Under the pieces are notes generated by a model, which worked only from the letters and a program-made list of their open reading frames with translations, was not told where the DNA came from and ran no database searches. Positions 18,977 to 27,617 of a DNA stretch of 64,000 nucleotides are shown piece by piece. Position 1 is the first letter of the stretch, and each line of letters opens with the position of its first letter. The DNA lies in assembly GCA_964588525.1 (NCBI GenBank), contig CAZPQC010000001.1, positions 25,238 through 89,237 of the forward strand, in the 5' to 3' direction. Both the position numbers and the translations under genes were made by a program. Origin of the DNA: an uncultured Spirochaetaceae bacterium. GTDB lineage: Bacteria > Spirochaetota > Spirochaetia > SZUA-6 > DRHE01.

Positions 18977-20239
18977 TCAGGTATCCGCCTTGTCGGGAAT
19001 CTCCCCGGCTTTTTGCAGGCCGATTTTGGTAAGGATCGGGCCGACGATCTCGAAGACGATGCTCGTGGCGGTTACGGTGGTAATCACCGCAGTCCCTATG
19101 CTTGCACCCCACGCGCCCAGGGGCGTGAACTCCTGCTTCACGATCAGGGATAGGCCGATGGCCACTCCCGCCTGGGAGAGAATCCCCAACCCGAGATATT
19201 TCCGAATATTCGCCTCGGCCCGACCCAGAACAGACCCGATCCAGGCACCGCCCATCAAGCCCGCCGCCCGGCTCACGATGTAGATTAAACCGACCAAGCC
19301 CAGGGAGGGCAGCAGGGCGATGTGCAGGCTCGCCCCGGCCAGGACGAAGAACAGGATAAACAACAGAGGCATGATTTCGGTGAGTTCCCCTCGGATCTTT
19401 TCCACCAGACCGCGTGGCCTTGTATTCACCACTACGAGGCCGAGGATCATGTTCGTCAGAATCAGGGACATGTGCAGGAATGAGCTGAGTCCGATCGTTA
19501 TCAGAGCTACGGCGAAGGTGAGGACAAAGATGTCCCGTGGCTGTTCCAGCCTGCGCACGAGCAAACCATAAAAGAGCGCCGCGGCACCCCCCAAGAGAAC
19601 ACTCAGACCGACTTCCTTCAATGGAGTCGCCAGGACCAGCCAGGCGGATTGCTGCGCTCCCCCTGAGTCCTGCAGCAGGATGCTGCGGGCGATGGCTGCG
19701 GCAAAACCGAAGATGATGATTCCAAGCCCGTCATCGAATCCTACCACCGCGTACAGGGCTTTGGTCAGATTCCCCTGCGCGCGGTACTCCTGGATCACCG
19801 CCACGGTGCCCGCCGGTGCGCTGGCCGGCGCCACCGCACCGAAGATCAGGGACAGCGGAAGATCACGGGTCAACAGGTAAATACCGGCCGATACGGCGGC
19901 AAAAGCCAGAAAGGACTCGGCGAATATGATAAGGATCATGCCCCAACCAAGACGCTTCAGGGATGCCAGGTTGAGCTCCAATCCGATACTCAGCGCTACA
20001 AAGCCCAGAGCGATCTCGGTGATGAAGGAGAGGTCGACCTGGAGTTTTTCGTACAACACACCGAAGAGCGACGGCCCCAGGATCACCCCGATCAACATGA
20101 AGCCGATGATCGAGGGTAGACGGACGATCTTCATGCTCCGGCCCGCGTAAAATGCGAGCAGGGTCATTACCCCGACGAAGAGCAGAGTCGGCAGAGAGGC
20201 GCCTTCGAGCGTTTCATGTATGGTGTGCAGCCAGGACAT
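18977..20239 (-). CDS. Cation:proton antiporter, CPA2 (Kef/NapA-like) family, membrane domain only
   Basis: 420-aa polytopic ORF with the N-terminal pattern GRSMKIVRLPSIIGFMLIGVILGPSLFG typical of CPA2. No KTN/RCK domain. Confidence 0.8.
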   Translation of the reverse strand: MSWLHTIHETLEGASLPTLLFVGVMTLLAFYAGRSMKIVRLPSIIGFMLIGVILGPSLFGVLYEKLQVDLSFITEIALGFVALSIGLELNLASLKRLGWGMILIIFAESFLAFAAVSAGIYLLTRDLPLSLIFGAVAPASAPAGTVAVIQEYRAQGNLTKALYAVVGFDDGLGIIIFGFAAAIARSILLQDSGGAQQSAWLVLATPLKEVGLSVLLGGAAALFYGLLVRRLEQPRDIFVLTFAVALITIGLSSFLHMSLILTNMILGLVVVNTRPRGLVEKIRGELTEIMPLLFILFFVLAGASLHIALLPSLGLVGLIYIVSRAAGLMGGAWIGSVLGRAEANIRKYLGLGILSQAGVAIGLSLIVKQEFTPLGAWGASIGTAVITTVTATSIVFEIVGPILTKIGLQKAGEIPDKADT

Positions 20240-21058
20240 TCAAGGCTCCAGGGTTCCGGATGAGTAGAAAAGATCCTGCGCGGCAACCATCAGCCCTGTT
20301 TGCTCCTCTCCCTCGTCCGCGATCGTGCTGATCCTGCGAATGACCTCGTTACACAGATCTTTGTCCACGACCGCGACCAGGATTCGGTTGAATCCGCGAT
20401 GCTGCTCGGTCCAGTAGGCGGCGAACAGGGGCATCCGGTAGAGGTAGTCGCCTGCGTTCCGCGATTCCAGGATGTTCACGTTTCCGTGAGCTACAGCAGA
20501 GATCACCTGCAGAACTTCGTCGAAATAGTGCTCCCGCTGTACGAAGATGTGGAACAGGCAACGGTTTTTCTTCCTTCCAGTCTCGAAAATCTGGATCGTA
20601 CCGAACAGCTCGTCGATGACATTCAGAATCCCCGATCTTTCCCGGGTCTGTGTGAACCGGGAAGAGGCCTCCGGATCCTTGAAAACTCTGGAAATGGCAG
20701 AGAGAAACTGGATGTGTTGATGTCGCGCCGAGGCCGGCCCCAGGATGAAGAAAAACACCGTGGTCTTTTGACCGTCCAGGGCCTGAAAATCGATTCCGCC
20801 GGGGATGACCAGCAGTCCGATTACGAACTCCGTCAAACCCTCCAGGGTGCAGTGGGGGATGGCAACGCCGTGAGCGAATCCGGTCGAACCTATCGCCTCC
20901 CGCTCCCGCAGGGAAGTATATATCTGTTCCTCCGAAAACCCCGCCAGCAGGTTCGACCGCTTCGCGATTCGGACTATTTCGGCAAGCACCTCCGTCTTGT
21001 CTCGGGCTTCGCTTCCGAGTTGAACGCATTCGGAACGGAAACTCTGCAAGAAGCTCAT
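20240..21058 (-). CDS. PTS EIIA type-2 (PtsN-like) domain fused to a ~120-aa C-terminal domain of unknown function
   Basis: The N-terminal ~150 aa match the EIIA-2 pattern, including the His site in GFAHGVAIPHC. The C-terminal part (LFHIFVQREHYFDEVLQVISAVAHGNVNILESR ... ILVAVVDKDLCNEVIRRIS) has a beta-alpha-beta-like alternation. Its stop abuts the CPA2 ATG with 0 nt gap. Confidence 0.7.
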   Translation of the reverse strand: MSFLQSFRSECVQLGSEARDKTEVLAEIVRIAKRSNLLAGFSEEQIYTSLREREAIGSTGFAHGVAIPHCTLEGLTEFVIGLLVIPGGIDFQALDGQKTTVFFFILGPASARHQHIQFLSAISRVFKDPEASSRFTQTRERSGILNVIDELFGTIQIFETGRKKNRCLFHIFVQREHYFDEVLQVISAVAHGNVNILESRNAGDYLYRMPLFAAYWTEQHRGFNRILVAVVDKDLCNEVIRRISTIADEGEEQTGLMVAAQDLFYSSGTLEP

Positions 21059-21132
21059 CGATTGTTCCTCCTCTGTTGAAACGTAGAGCCTTAAATTTTC
21101 CCGAACCTTTCAGGAACATTACAGTTGTGTAA

Positions 21133-21447
21133 GCCCCCGAGCGTCGCCTACCTTTATTTCAAATCCGTAATGATTGTGAAAGCATTCTGCAACATTCCGT
21201 CATTATAGTTATCGACACAGCCGAACAGGAGCTGGGATGGAAAGCCCTGGTATCACTGTTGAAAATATTCTCCGAGCTCTCTCGTGTTGTTCTGCTGACC
21301 GGGAGCATGACCGTCGACCAGACGGTCGAGGCTGCCGACATCGGTGTGGCGGCGGTTTTTATCAAACCCTTCAAGGAAGAGGAGCACAGCGTACGGATCC
21401 TCGACCTGTTGAACAGCATCCGCGGGGTAGTACCTTCCGACGGATGA
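21133..21447 (+). pseudogene. Remnant of a response-regulator receiver (REC) domain lacking its N-terminal ~50 aa and an ATG
   Basis: The open frame from 21133 reads ...HSVIIVIDTAEQELGWKALVSLLKIFSELSRVVLLTGSMTVDQTVEAADIGVAAVFIKPFKEEE.... This matches the REC pattern (phospho-Asp strand, T, KPF) but has no acidic-pocket N-terminus. The only start is a TTG at 21259. Confidence 0.5.
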
Positions 21448-21463
21448 TTGGCTGGTATTTCCC

Positions 21464-21739
21464 ATGGAAGCATGGAATATCTCACAACGCGGAGCTCAGC
21501 TTCGGTTGCCGTATGAAGAGCTCGCAGGCGAGTTGCAGCCCGGAAGCGCGGGGTTTCCCGCCGTGCTGACGGTAGGATATGAGCGTGTTTCTCTGCGCCT
21601 CCGCGTAGTGCATCGGGAGGGAGGGATCGTCGGAGTCGCGTTCGGCCACCTCGGGGCCGGCGGCAAAGTGTTGGAGTCGTTTTTTCGAGATTTGCGCACC
21701 CAGGCCTTCGGGGCCGGCAGGAATCATCGCAGATGGTGA
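21464..21739 (+). CDS. PilZ-like domain protein; N-terminal RxxxR motif absent, possibly part of a frameshifted REC-PilZ gene
   Basis: NISQRG (D/NxSxxG) followed by LRLRVVHREGGIVGVAF matches the PilZ beta-barrel pattern. No RxxxR upstream in any continuous frame. Frame differs by +1 from the REC remnant. Confidence 0.4.
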   Translation: MEAWNISQRGAQLRLPYEELAGELQPGSAGFPAVLTVGYERVSLRLRVVHREGGIVGVAFGHLGAGGKVLESFFRDLRTQAFGAGRNHRRW

Positions 21740-21865
21740 GGCTGGCTCATACCGCCGTCAACCTGTTGTTTCTCGGTCCTTGGCTGTGGGTGATTGTGTC
21801 CACACTGATCTTCGTGGTCGTTCATTTTCTGACCAACCTAGTCGAGTATAGGATAGGGGTGTACA

Positions 21866-23179
21866 ATGAAAAGGCGCGCTGAGGCACGCTCCGGGAACCA
21901 CCGGATCGACGGAAGCACAATCCAGGCTGCCGAGGAAGTACTTTCCGGCATCAAGAAAAAAGGTCCCCTTGGCCGGCTGCTGCCCTTCATGGGACCGGCT
22001 TTTATAGCCGCGGTGGCCTACCTGGATCCGGGCAACTTCGCGACGAACATCCAGGGCGGTGCGGAGTTCGGCTACACATTGGTCTGGGTGATCGTGGCTT
22101 CCAACCTGATGGCAATGCTCCTCCAGACCCTGTCAGCCAAGCTGGGAATCGCTACGGGGAAAAATCTGGCCGAGCTCAGCCGCGAGCGTTTCCCCAGGCC
22201 CGTGTCCTTCGGCATGTGGGTGCTCATGGAAGCAGTGGCCATGGCCACGGATCTGGCGGAGTTCATTGGGGCGGCACTGGGCTTCCAGCTGCTCCTCGGC
22301 GTGCCGCTGTTGATCGGTGGGCTGCTTACCGCCGTGATTACCTTCCTGATCCTGGCGCTTGAGCGCTACGGATTCAGACCTCTGGAGGCGGTAATTACGG
22401 CCCTGATCGCCGTGATCGCCATCTGCTACCTGGTGGAAACCGTGCTGGACCGTCCCGACTGGGTATCGGTGATGCATCATGCGGTCGTACCGCGCTTTTC
22501 CGGGTCGGAGAGCGTGCTCCTGGCCGCCGGCATACTCGGTGCCACCGTCATGCCTCATGCCCTGTTCCTGCACTCGGCTCTGACCCAGGGCCGAATCCGG
22601 GTCAAGCGAGACGTTCAGCTTCGCCGTTTGCTGCGCTTCGAAATCGTAGACGTGATCGTGGCCATGGGCGTGGCCAGCCTGGTCAATGCGGCGATGCTGA
22701 TTATGGCCGCCGCCACCTTCCACCGGACAGGGCTCACCCACATCGCCACCATCGAAGAGGCGTACCGAACCCTGCAGCCCCTGCTCGGGAGGGCCTCCAG
22801 CTGGGTCTTCGGGATCTCCCTGCTGGCCTCCGGGCTGTCCTCATCGACGGTGGGAACCAGCGCCGGGCAGGTGATCATGCAGGGTTTCGTACAGCGCCAC
22901 ATCCCGGTCTGGCTGCGCCGGGCAATCACGGTGGTGCCCTCCCTGATCGTCATCGCCACACACCTGGACCCGACCCGTACCCTGGTGATCAGTCAGGTAA
23001 TCCTGAGCTTTGGGTTGCCTTTCGCCGTGGTTCCGCTGGTCCTGTTCACCGCTCAGCGCAAGGTGATGGGAGTATTGGTCAACAGGAGTTTGACAACGGT
23101 GCTCGCCGGCTGTGTAGCGGTTTTAATCGTGATGTTGAACGTCTACCTGCTCGTTCAGCTGATATCCGGAGGTGCCTGA
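21866..23179 (+). CDS. mntH: Nramp-family divalent metal (Mn2+/Fe2+):H+ symporter
   Basis: DPGNFATNIQGGAEFGY motif and an 11-TM Nramp-like layout. Confidence 0.92.
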   Translation: MKRRAEARSGNHRIDGSTIQAAEEVLSGIKKKGPLGRLLPFMGPAFIAAVAYLDPGNFATNIQGGAEFGYTLVWVIVASNLMAMLLQTLSAKLGIATGKNLAELSRERFPRPVSFGMWVLMEAVAMATDLAEFIGAALGFQLLLGVPLLIGGLLTAVITFLILALERYGFRPLEAVITALIAVIAICYLVETVLDRPDWVSVMHHAVVPRFSGSESVLLAAGILGATVMPHALFLHSALTQGRIRVKRDVQLRRLLRFEIVDVIVAMGVASLVNAAMLIMAAATFHRTGLTHIATIEEAYRTLQPLLGRASSWVFGISLLASGLSSSTVGTSAGQVIMQGFVQRHIPVWLRRAITVVPSLIVIATHLDPTRTLVISQVILSFGLPFAVVPLVLFTAQRKVMGVLVNRSLTTVLAGCVAVLIVMLNVYLLVQLISGGA

Positions 23180-23180
23180 G

Positions 23181-24095
23181 ATGTTCCGACGACTCCTCGT
23201 TCCCTTGGACGGATCGCCTCTGGCGGAGAGCGTACTTCCCGCCGCATCGGTACTGGCTGACACCTTCCACGCGGAGCTGCTGCTTCTCCACGTTGTGGAG
23301 CAAGGGGCGCCGCGCAAGGTCCACGGCCAAAGGCATCTGGCCGGCGCTCAGGAGGCAGCGGCGTATCTGCAGGAGACTGCTCAGCGCATCGCCGGTTGGA
23401 AATCGGGGGTGACCGTCAACGTGCACGTGCACACCGAAACGGTACGGGACACGGCGGCCGGTATCGCCGGTCATGAAGAGGAGGTCCCCCTCGATCTGGT
23501 GATCATGAGCGTTCACGGCCGAGGCCGGACCGCCCGCCTGCTTTCCCGAGGTCTGGCGCAAGAGGTGCTAGCCCGCGGCACCACGCCGGTGCTGCTGCTT
23601 CACGCCGAGGATCCTCGGGTCGGCCAACGGTTCCCCTGCCGCTCCGTCCTGATCCCGGTGGACCCTGATGCAAGACACCGGCAATCCTTCAAAGGCGCCC
23701 TGGAATTCGTGCGGGATCTCGCTGCACCTGTCAAACTCGTCCTGGTGGTACCGACCCTTTCCACCCTACCGCCCAAGTCGGCGGCAAGCGGACGACTCAT
23801 GCCGGGAACCGCCGACGCCCTCCTGGACATCTCCGCGGAGGGGGCAAAGTCGCTGTTGGCCGAACGCAGGGCTCAGGCCGAGCTCCTGGGTCTAAAGGCG
23901 TCCACCGACGTGCTCCGCGGTCACCCCGCCCGGGTCATTGTGAAAGCAGCGGGGCTTCTGGGCTCGGACCTCGTGATCCTGGGCACCCACGGCAGGTCGG
24001 GGATGGAGGCCTTCTGGGAGGGAAGCGTGGCTCACGGTGTTTACAGCCGCAGCTTGCTGCCCCTGCTGCTGATTCCAGAGGGAAGGCCTGGTTGA
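23181..24095 (+). CDS. Universal stress protein, tandem USP domains
   Basis: MFRRLLVPLDGSPLAE...LLLLHVVE, then a second repeat ending VILGTHGRSG. ATG 23181 lies 7 nt after GGAGGTG embedded in the mntH 3' end. Confidence 0.85.
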   Translation: MFRRLLVPLDGSPLAESVLPAASVLADTFHAELLLLHVVEQGAPRKVHGQRHLAGAQEAAAYLQETAQRIAGWKSGVTVNVHVHTETVRDTAAGIAGHEEEVPLDLVIMSVHGRGRTARLLSRGLAQEVLARGTTPVLLLHAEDPRVGQRFPCRSVLIPVDPDARHRQSFKGALEFVRDLAAPVKLVLVVPTLSTLPPKSAASGRLMPGTADALLDISAEGAKSLLAERRAQAELLGLKASTDVLRGHPARVIVKAAGLLGSDLVILGTHGRSGMEAFWEGSVAHGVYSRSLLPLLLIPEGRPG

Positions 24096-24216
24096 TCGCC
24101 ACCGACTCAACTCATCCGATACATCACAGAGCTGCGGTAAGGAAGCGAGGAGATTCCTTTCAGAACTGTAATCATCGCGTAATTTTCTTGTAAGTCGATC
24201 TGGGTACCCTGAATCC

Positions 24217-24792
24217 ATGAAATTACAACGAATCGTATTTCTCATCGCGGCTGTTGCCGCGACAGCTTTGCTCGTCGGATGTGGCGGCGGAAGCGCCTGG
24301 GGCCAATCGATTCCCAGTGTCTCAGCCAAATCCACGAATGAGGGGTACCGTCTTGTCGACTACAAGGACTACACATTGAAGTGGCGCATCGACCAGGGAC
24401 TGATCGACTTTTCGGTCAGCTACCCAACAACGGGTTGGGTCGGCATCGGTTTCAGCCCCTCCACGAAGATGAAGGACGCCAATATTATCATCGGCTACGT
24501 GACAAACGGACAGGGGACGGTCACCGATCAATTCGGCACAAGTGCCACCTATCACCGGCAAGATACCCAGCTGGGCGGAAAGAACAACCTGAGCGACACC
24601 TCTGGAACAGAGTTGAACGGGTTGACCACGATCCATTTCAAGATGCCCCTGGACTCCGGTGACGCAAACGACCGCCGGCTGACCCAGGGTGCGGCAACGA
24701 CCGTCATCCTGGCTCACGGGCCCGACGGGGCGGATGACATTTCGACCTACCACGGGCAGGATGCACGCCTGACGTTGATCGTGGAGCTGTAG
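24217..24792 (+). CDS. DOMON-domain lipoprotein
   Basis: Lipobox LLVGC. GWVGIGFSPSTKMKDANIIIGYV ... DSGDANDRRL ... ILAHG fits the DOMON/DoH pattern. Confidence 0.65.
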   Translation: MKLQRIVFLIAAVAATALLVGCGGGSAWGQSIPSVSAKSTNEGYRLVDYKDYTLKWRIDQGLIDFSVSYPTTGWVGIGFSPSTKMKDANIIIGYVTNGQGTVTDQFGTSATYHRQDTQLGGKNNLSDTSGTELNGLTTIHFKMPLDSGDANDRRLTQGAATTVILAHGPDGADDISTYHGQDARLTLIVEL

Positions 24793-25034
24793 AAGGAGAG
24801 AGGCTTTGAGCCGATCCGAACCCTTGACGGGCGTGGAAACCGACCACTGCGGAGGGATACGTATTGGCGAAGCCCACAGGATCATCGAGCGGTTGCCCGA
24901 AGACACCAGCCTGCAGCGGTTGAATAAGATCGCCGCCGGTTTGCAGCTGCTGACCATTGCCGTCTGGACAATTGAGGGACGTGGTTCCCGGCAATCGGGC
25001 GGGCGGCGCGAACGCTCCCGAGGATAGATAAGAG

Positions 25035-25707
25035 GTGATGAAAAATACGCTCCTGAATCTATTCCACGACGGCCTGGGGTATCATGGTTCGGATCAGATC
25101 TTTCGATCTGAGCAGCAGTGGTTGCGGCTGTTGCAGGAGTATCCGATTCTGGCCGGATTTTCCACTGCAGAGCTGGAGCAACTGCGCGGGCTGGCCGCGC
25201 GCTTCAACCAGGTCAAAAGATTCGAGGCGGCGGATGGCCTCGAGTTGAGCGGGTACATGAAAGCCGCAGTCTCACTGCAGGCCTGCTTACCGATCCTCAA
25301 CCTGGGTTTGAAGTGGTATTCCAACTGGAAAACGATCGTGATCGTTCCGGCCGGCTTCAGCCAGAAGCAACGGAAGGTGGACAAAGCGGGGGTGGTCCAC
25401 GAATGGAAAGAGGTGCACATAGGTGAATCCTGGATCAAAGGGCCGGCCGGCCCTGCATAGGGAAATGAGCGCGGAGCAATGGCGGGAAACGTTCAGTGAA
25501 GCCTACACGAACCTGGCCCGGCGCATGATCAGTGGACCGCCCTCTGCAATAGATGCCTATGCCCTGGAAAATCCCGGTGAGTTTTTCGCCGTTTTCAGCG
25601 AGATTTTCTTCGAGCGCCCCTCGAACATTCTGTTGGAATATCCCCGTGTGTATGATTTGCTGAAGGAGTTCTACCGCCACGATCCGGTTGGGAGACTGAC
25701 TGCTTGA
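25035..25707 (+). pseudogene. mtfA: MtfA/peptidase M90-like gene, disrupted: internal deletion removing the HExxH region, plus a frameshift
   Basis: ORF 25035..25460 matches the MtfA N-terminal part up to GESWIKGP. ORF 25423..25707 (other frame) matches the MtfA C-terminus (SAIDAYALENPGEFFAVFSEIFFERP...FYRHDP). The ~45 aa in between that carry HExxH in E. coli MtfA are missing. Confidence 0.75.
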
Positions 25708-25764
25708 GCTTGCCCCGGCGGGTTGGCTGAGTGCGGTCCCGGCGGTGCGATGAACCATCTCCTG

Positions 25765-26469
25765 TCAGGCAGCGCGTATCCCCCGCCACAGGTAAACGAT
25801 TCCGCCGCCCAGGCGTCGCACCCTTACCCGCTGAAGCCCTGCGCCATCCATGAGATGTCGTACCTCCTCGGGCCTCAGAAAGGCCAATACGGAGTCGTGG
25901 AGATAGCGATAGGTCTCGGGGGCGCCGGAAACGATGCCGCCGACTGCAGGCATGATCCGCCCCAGATAGAAGCGGTACAACCTGCCGGGGAAAGCAAGCT
26001 TCGGGGGTGAAAACTCCAACACCAGCAACGGCGCACCCGGCTTCAGAGTCCGCACCATCTCCACCAGCGCCTCTGCCCGGTCGGTGACGTTGCGCAGCCC
26101 AAAAGCCACTGCCGCAGCGTCGAAGCGACCATCTGCGAAGGGCAGCTGCAGAACGTTCCCCTCCAGAAGTTCGATTCGCCCCTCCAGCCTACGCCGTCTC
26201 AGCTTCGCCCGGCCCACCCGCAACATATTCTCCGAGAAGTCCACTCCCATAACCCGAACCGGCAGGCGCCTGGCAAAGGCGATGGCCAGGTCGGCGGTAC
26301 CGCAGCAAGCGTCGAGGACCTCCCCCCGGGACTCCACCCCGGCGAAGCGTACCAGAACTTTTCGCCAGCGGCGGTCCAGGTTCAAACTGAAAAGGTGGTT
26401 CAGCAGGTCGTAGGTGCGTGCCGAGCGCTCGAAGATCCCGTGGGTCGTCGTTGCTCTTTTTTCGTTCAT
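25765..26469 (-). CDS. ubiE: Demethylmenaquinone/ubiquinone C-methyltransferase (UbiE/MenG family)
   Basis: TYDLLNHLFSLNLDRRWRK, VLDACCGTADL SAM motif, ETYRYL. Confidence 0.88.
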   Translation of the reverse strand: MNEKRATTTHGIFERSARTYDLLNHLFSLNLDRRWRKVLVRFAGVESRGEVLDACCGTADLAIAFARRLPVRVMGVDFSENMLRVGRAKLRRRRLEGRIELLEGNVLQLPFADGRFDAAAVAFGLRNVTDRAEALVEMVRTLKPGAPLLVLEFSPPKLAFPGRLYRFYLGRIMPAVGGIVSGAPETYRYLHDSVLAFLRPEEVRHLMDGAGLQRVRVRRLGGGIVYLWRGIRAA

Positions 26470-26586
26470 TGGTCCTTTGCCATCACCGGGGTCGATTGGA
26501 GTGACCCCGTATCCGGCGTCTGACTATACTACAATCGAGCCTCCCGAACGGCAGCGGCGCATCCGCGCACACCGATTCCCCCAATC

Positions 26587-27039
26587 CTACAGCTCCTTGA
26601 TCATTTCCGCATTCACCTCGAGCTGTGCCTTCTCCTGCTTCTCCTGCTCGGCCAATGCCTCGAAAAAGGCTCGGGTTTCCTCATAGTCGGACACGTTGCG
26701 CGCCATATGTTCGTAGAAGCGGACCAGCTTTTCGTCAAACTCCAGGGCCATGTCGACGACCTGGGCGATGGATTGGTTTGGACCTACCTTTACGTCGTCG
26801 AAGCGGAGATCCTCGGGCACGTACTGAAACCAAACCCCTAGGATCCTGTTGCGCCGGTCTTCCTCGAAGCGAGCCAGGGAACGCTCGAAGAGCCTCTCGT
26901 GACGGCTCATGTATTCCAGGAGCATCGCCAGGCGTTTACTGTCTTTCGGGTCTTCGAGGCTGTGGTACAGCTCACTGAGACGGCGGCGGTAGTCCCTGAC
27001 CAGTTCGAGGATTTCGGACACTGTCTTATACGGTTTCAT
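26587..27039 (-). CDS. Hypothetical all-helical cytoplasmic protein
   Basis: Start set at MKPYKTVSEILE..., 5 nt after GAGGGG. No family recognised with confidence. Confidence 0.55.
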   Translation of the reverse strand: MKPYKTVSEILELVRDYRRRLSELYHSLEDPKDSKRLAMLLEYMSRHERLFERSLARFEEDRRNRILGVWFQYVPEDLRFDDVKVGPNQSIAQVVDMALEFDEKLVRFYEHMARNVSDYEETRAFFEALAEQEKQEKAQLEVNAEMIKEL

Positions 27040-27092
27040 CGACCCCTCTCTTCTCAAGACGGAAGCCCCCGCGGGCGCGCAACTTCACAGTC

Positions 27093-27121
27093 AGTATCCT
27101 ACCGGGTGGCGGCGTTGTCAA
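27093..27121 (-). promoter_or_regulatory. Candidate sigma70 promoter TTGACA-N17-GATACT for the 26587-27039 gene
   Basis: Perfect -35 (27121-27116) and 4/6 -10 (27098-27093) with 17-nt spacing, about 55 nt upstream of the ATG. Confidence 0.45.
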
Positions 27122-27205
27122 CAATCGAACTGCCGCCGGGGCCCGCATTCCCCTCTTCCGCCCGTCACAGCCACTGGCGGCGGGACTGAATGCCGGCCAC
27201 GGTCT

Positions 27206-27451
27206 TCAGCGTTCGGCCAACAGCTGCGGGTGCTCCTTTGCGATGCGCTGCTGCTCCTCGTCGGCGTAAAAAATCACCGAGCGATATTGCGTCCCGTGGC
27301 TGATCCGGGAAGGATCGTAAACCACCCTGATCGATTCGGTATGCCCGGTTCTGCCGGTGCGGACAACCTCGTAGCGCGCGGTCGCCTGATCTCCACCGGA
27401 ACAGCCGGAAACGACGTCCTCCACACCCCGGAGACGCTCAACTTCAGTAGC
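27206..27451 (-). pseudogene. msrA: Relic of peptide-methionine (S)-S-oxide reductase MsrA
   Basis: ...VERLRGVEDVVSGCSGGDQATARYEVVRTGRTGHTESIRVVYDPSRISH|GTQYRSVIFYADEEQ.... The GCFW catalytic N-terminus, the ~25 aa between IS- and GTQYRS, and the C-terminal third are all absent. An in-frame stop lies immediately upstream. Confidence 0.75.
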
Positions 27452-27617
27452 TTACTCACCGCTCGGGGCTCGAATGTGACCGGGCGCAGAAAAGCTGACT
27501 TATAAAATAATAATTAGCCGGCCAAAGGGGCTATAGCCTGTTAAGGGTACTGCAGTCCTGCAAGGATCGGCGCGAGATCCTCCGGAGTGAGGTGCCGCAT
27601 TCCATAGAGGTCCGGAT

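Noticed and set aside
21740-21865. Possible yybP-ykoY-type Mn2+ riboswitch upstream of mntH.
   Set aside because: I could not find the conserved four-way-junction sequence blocks or convincing paired helices by eye. An Infernal scan is needed to exclude it formally.
24806-25027. 73-codon TTG-initiated ORF with an upstream AGGAG, between the DOMON gene and the mtfA remnant.
   Set aside because: There is no recognisable family, the C-terminus is an R/G-rich low-complexity tail, and the start is non-ATG. It may be real, but the evidence is insufficient to call it.
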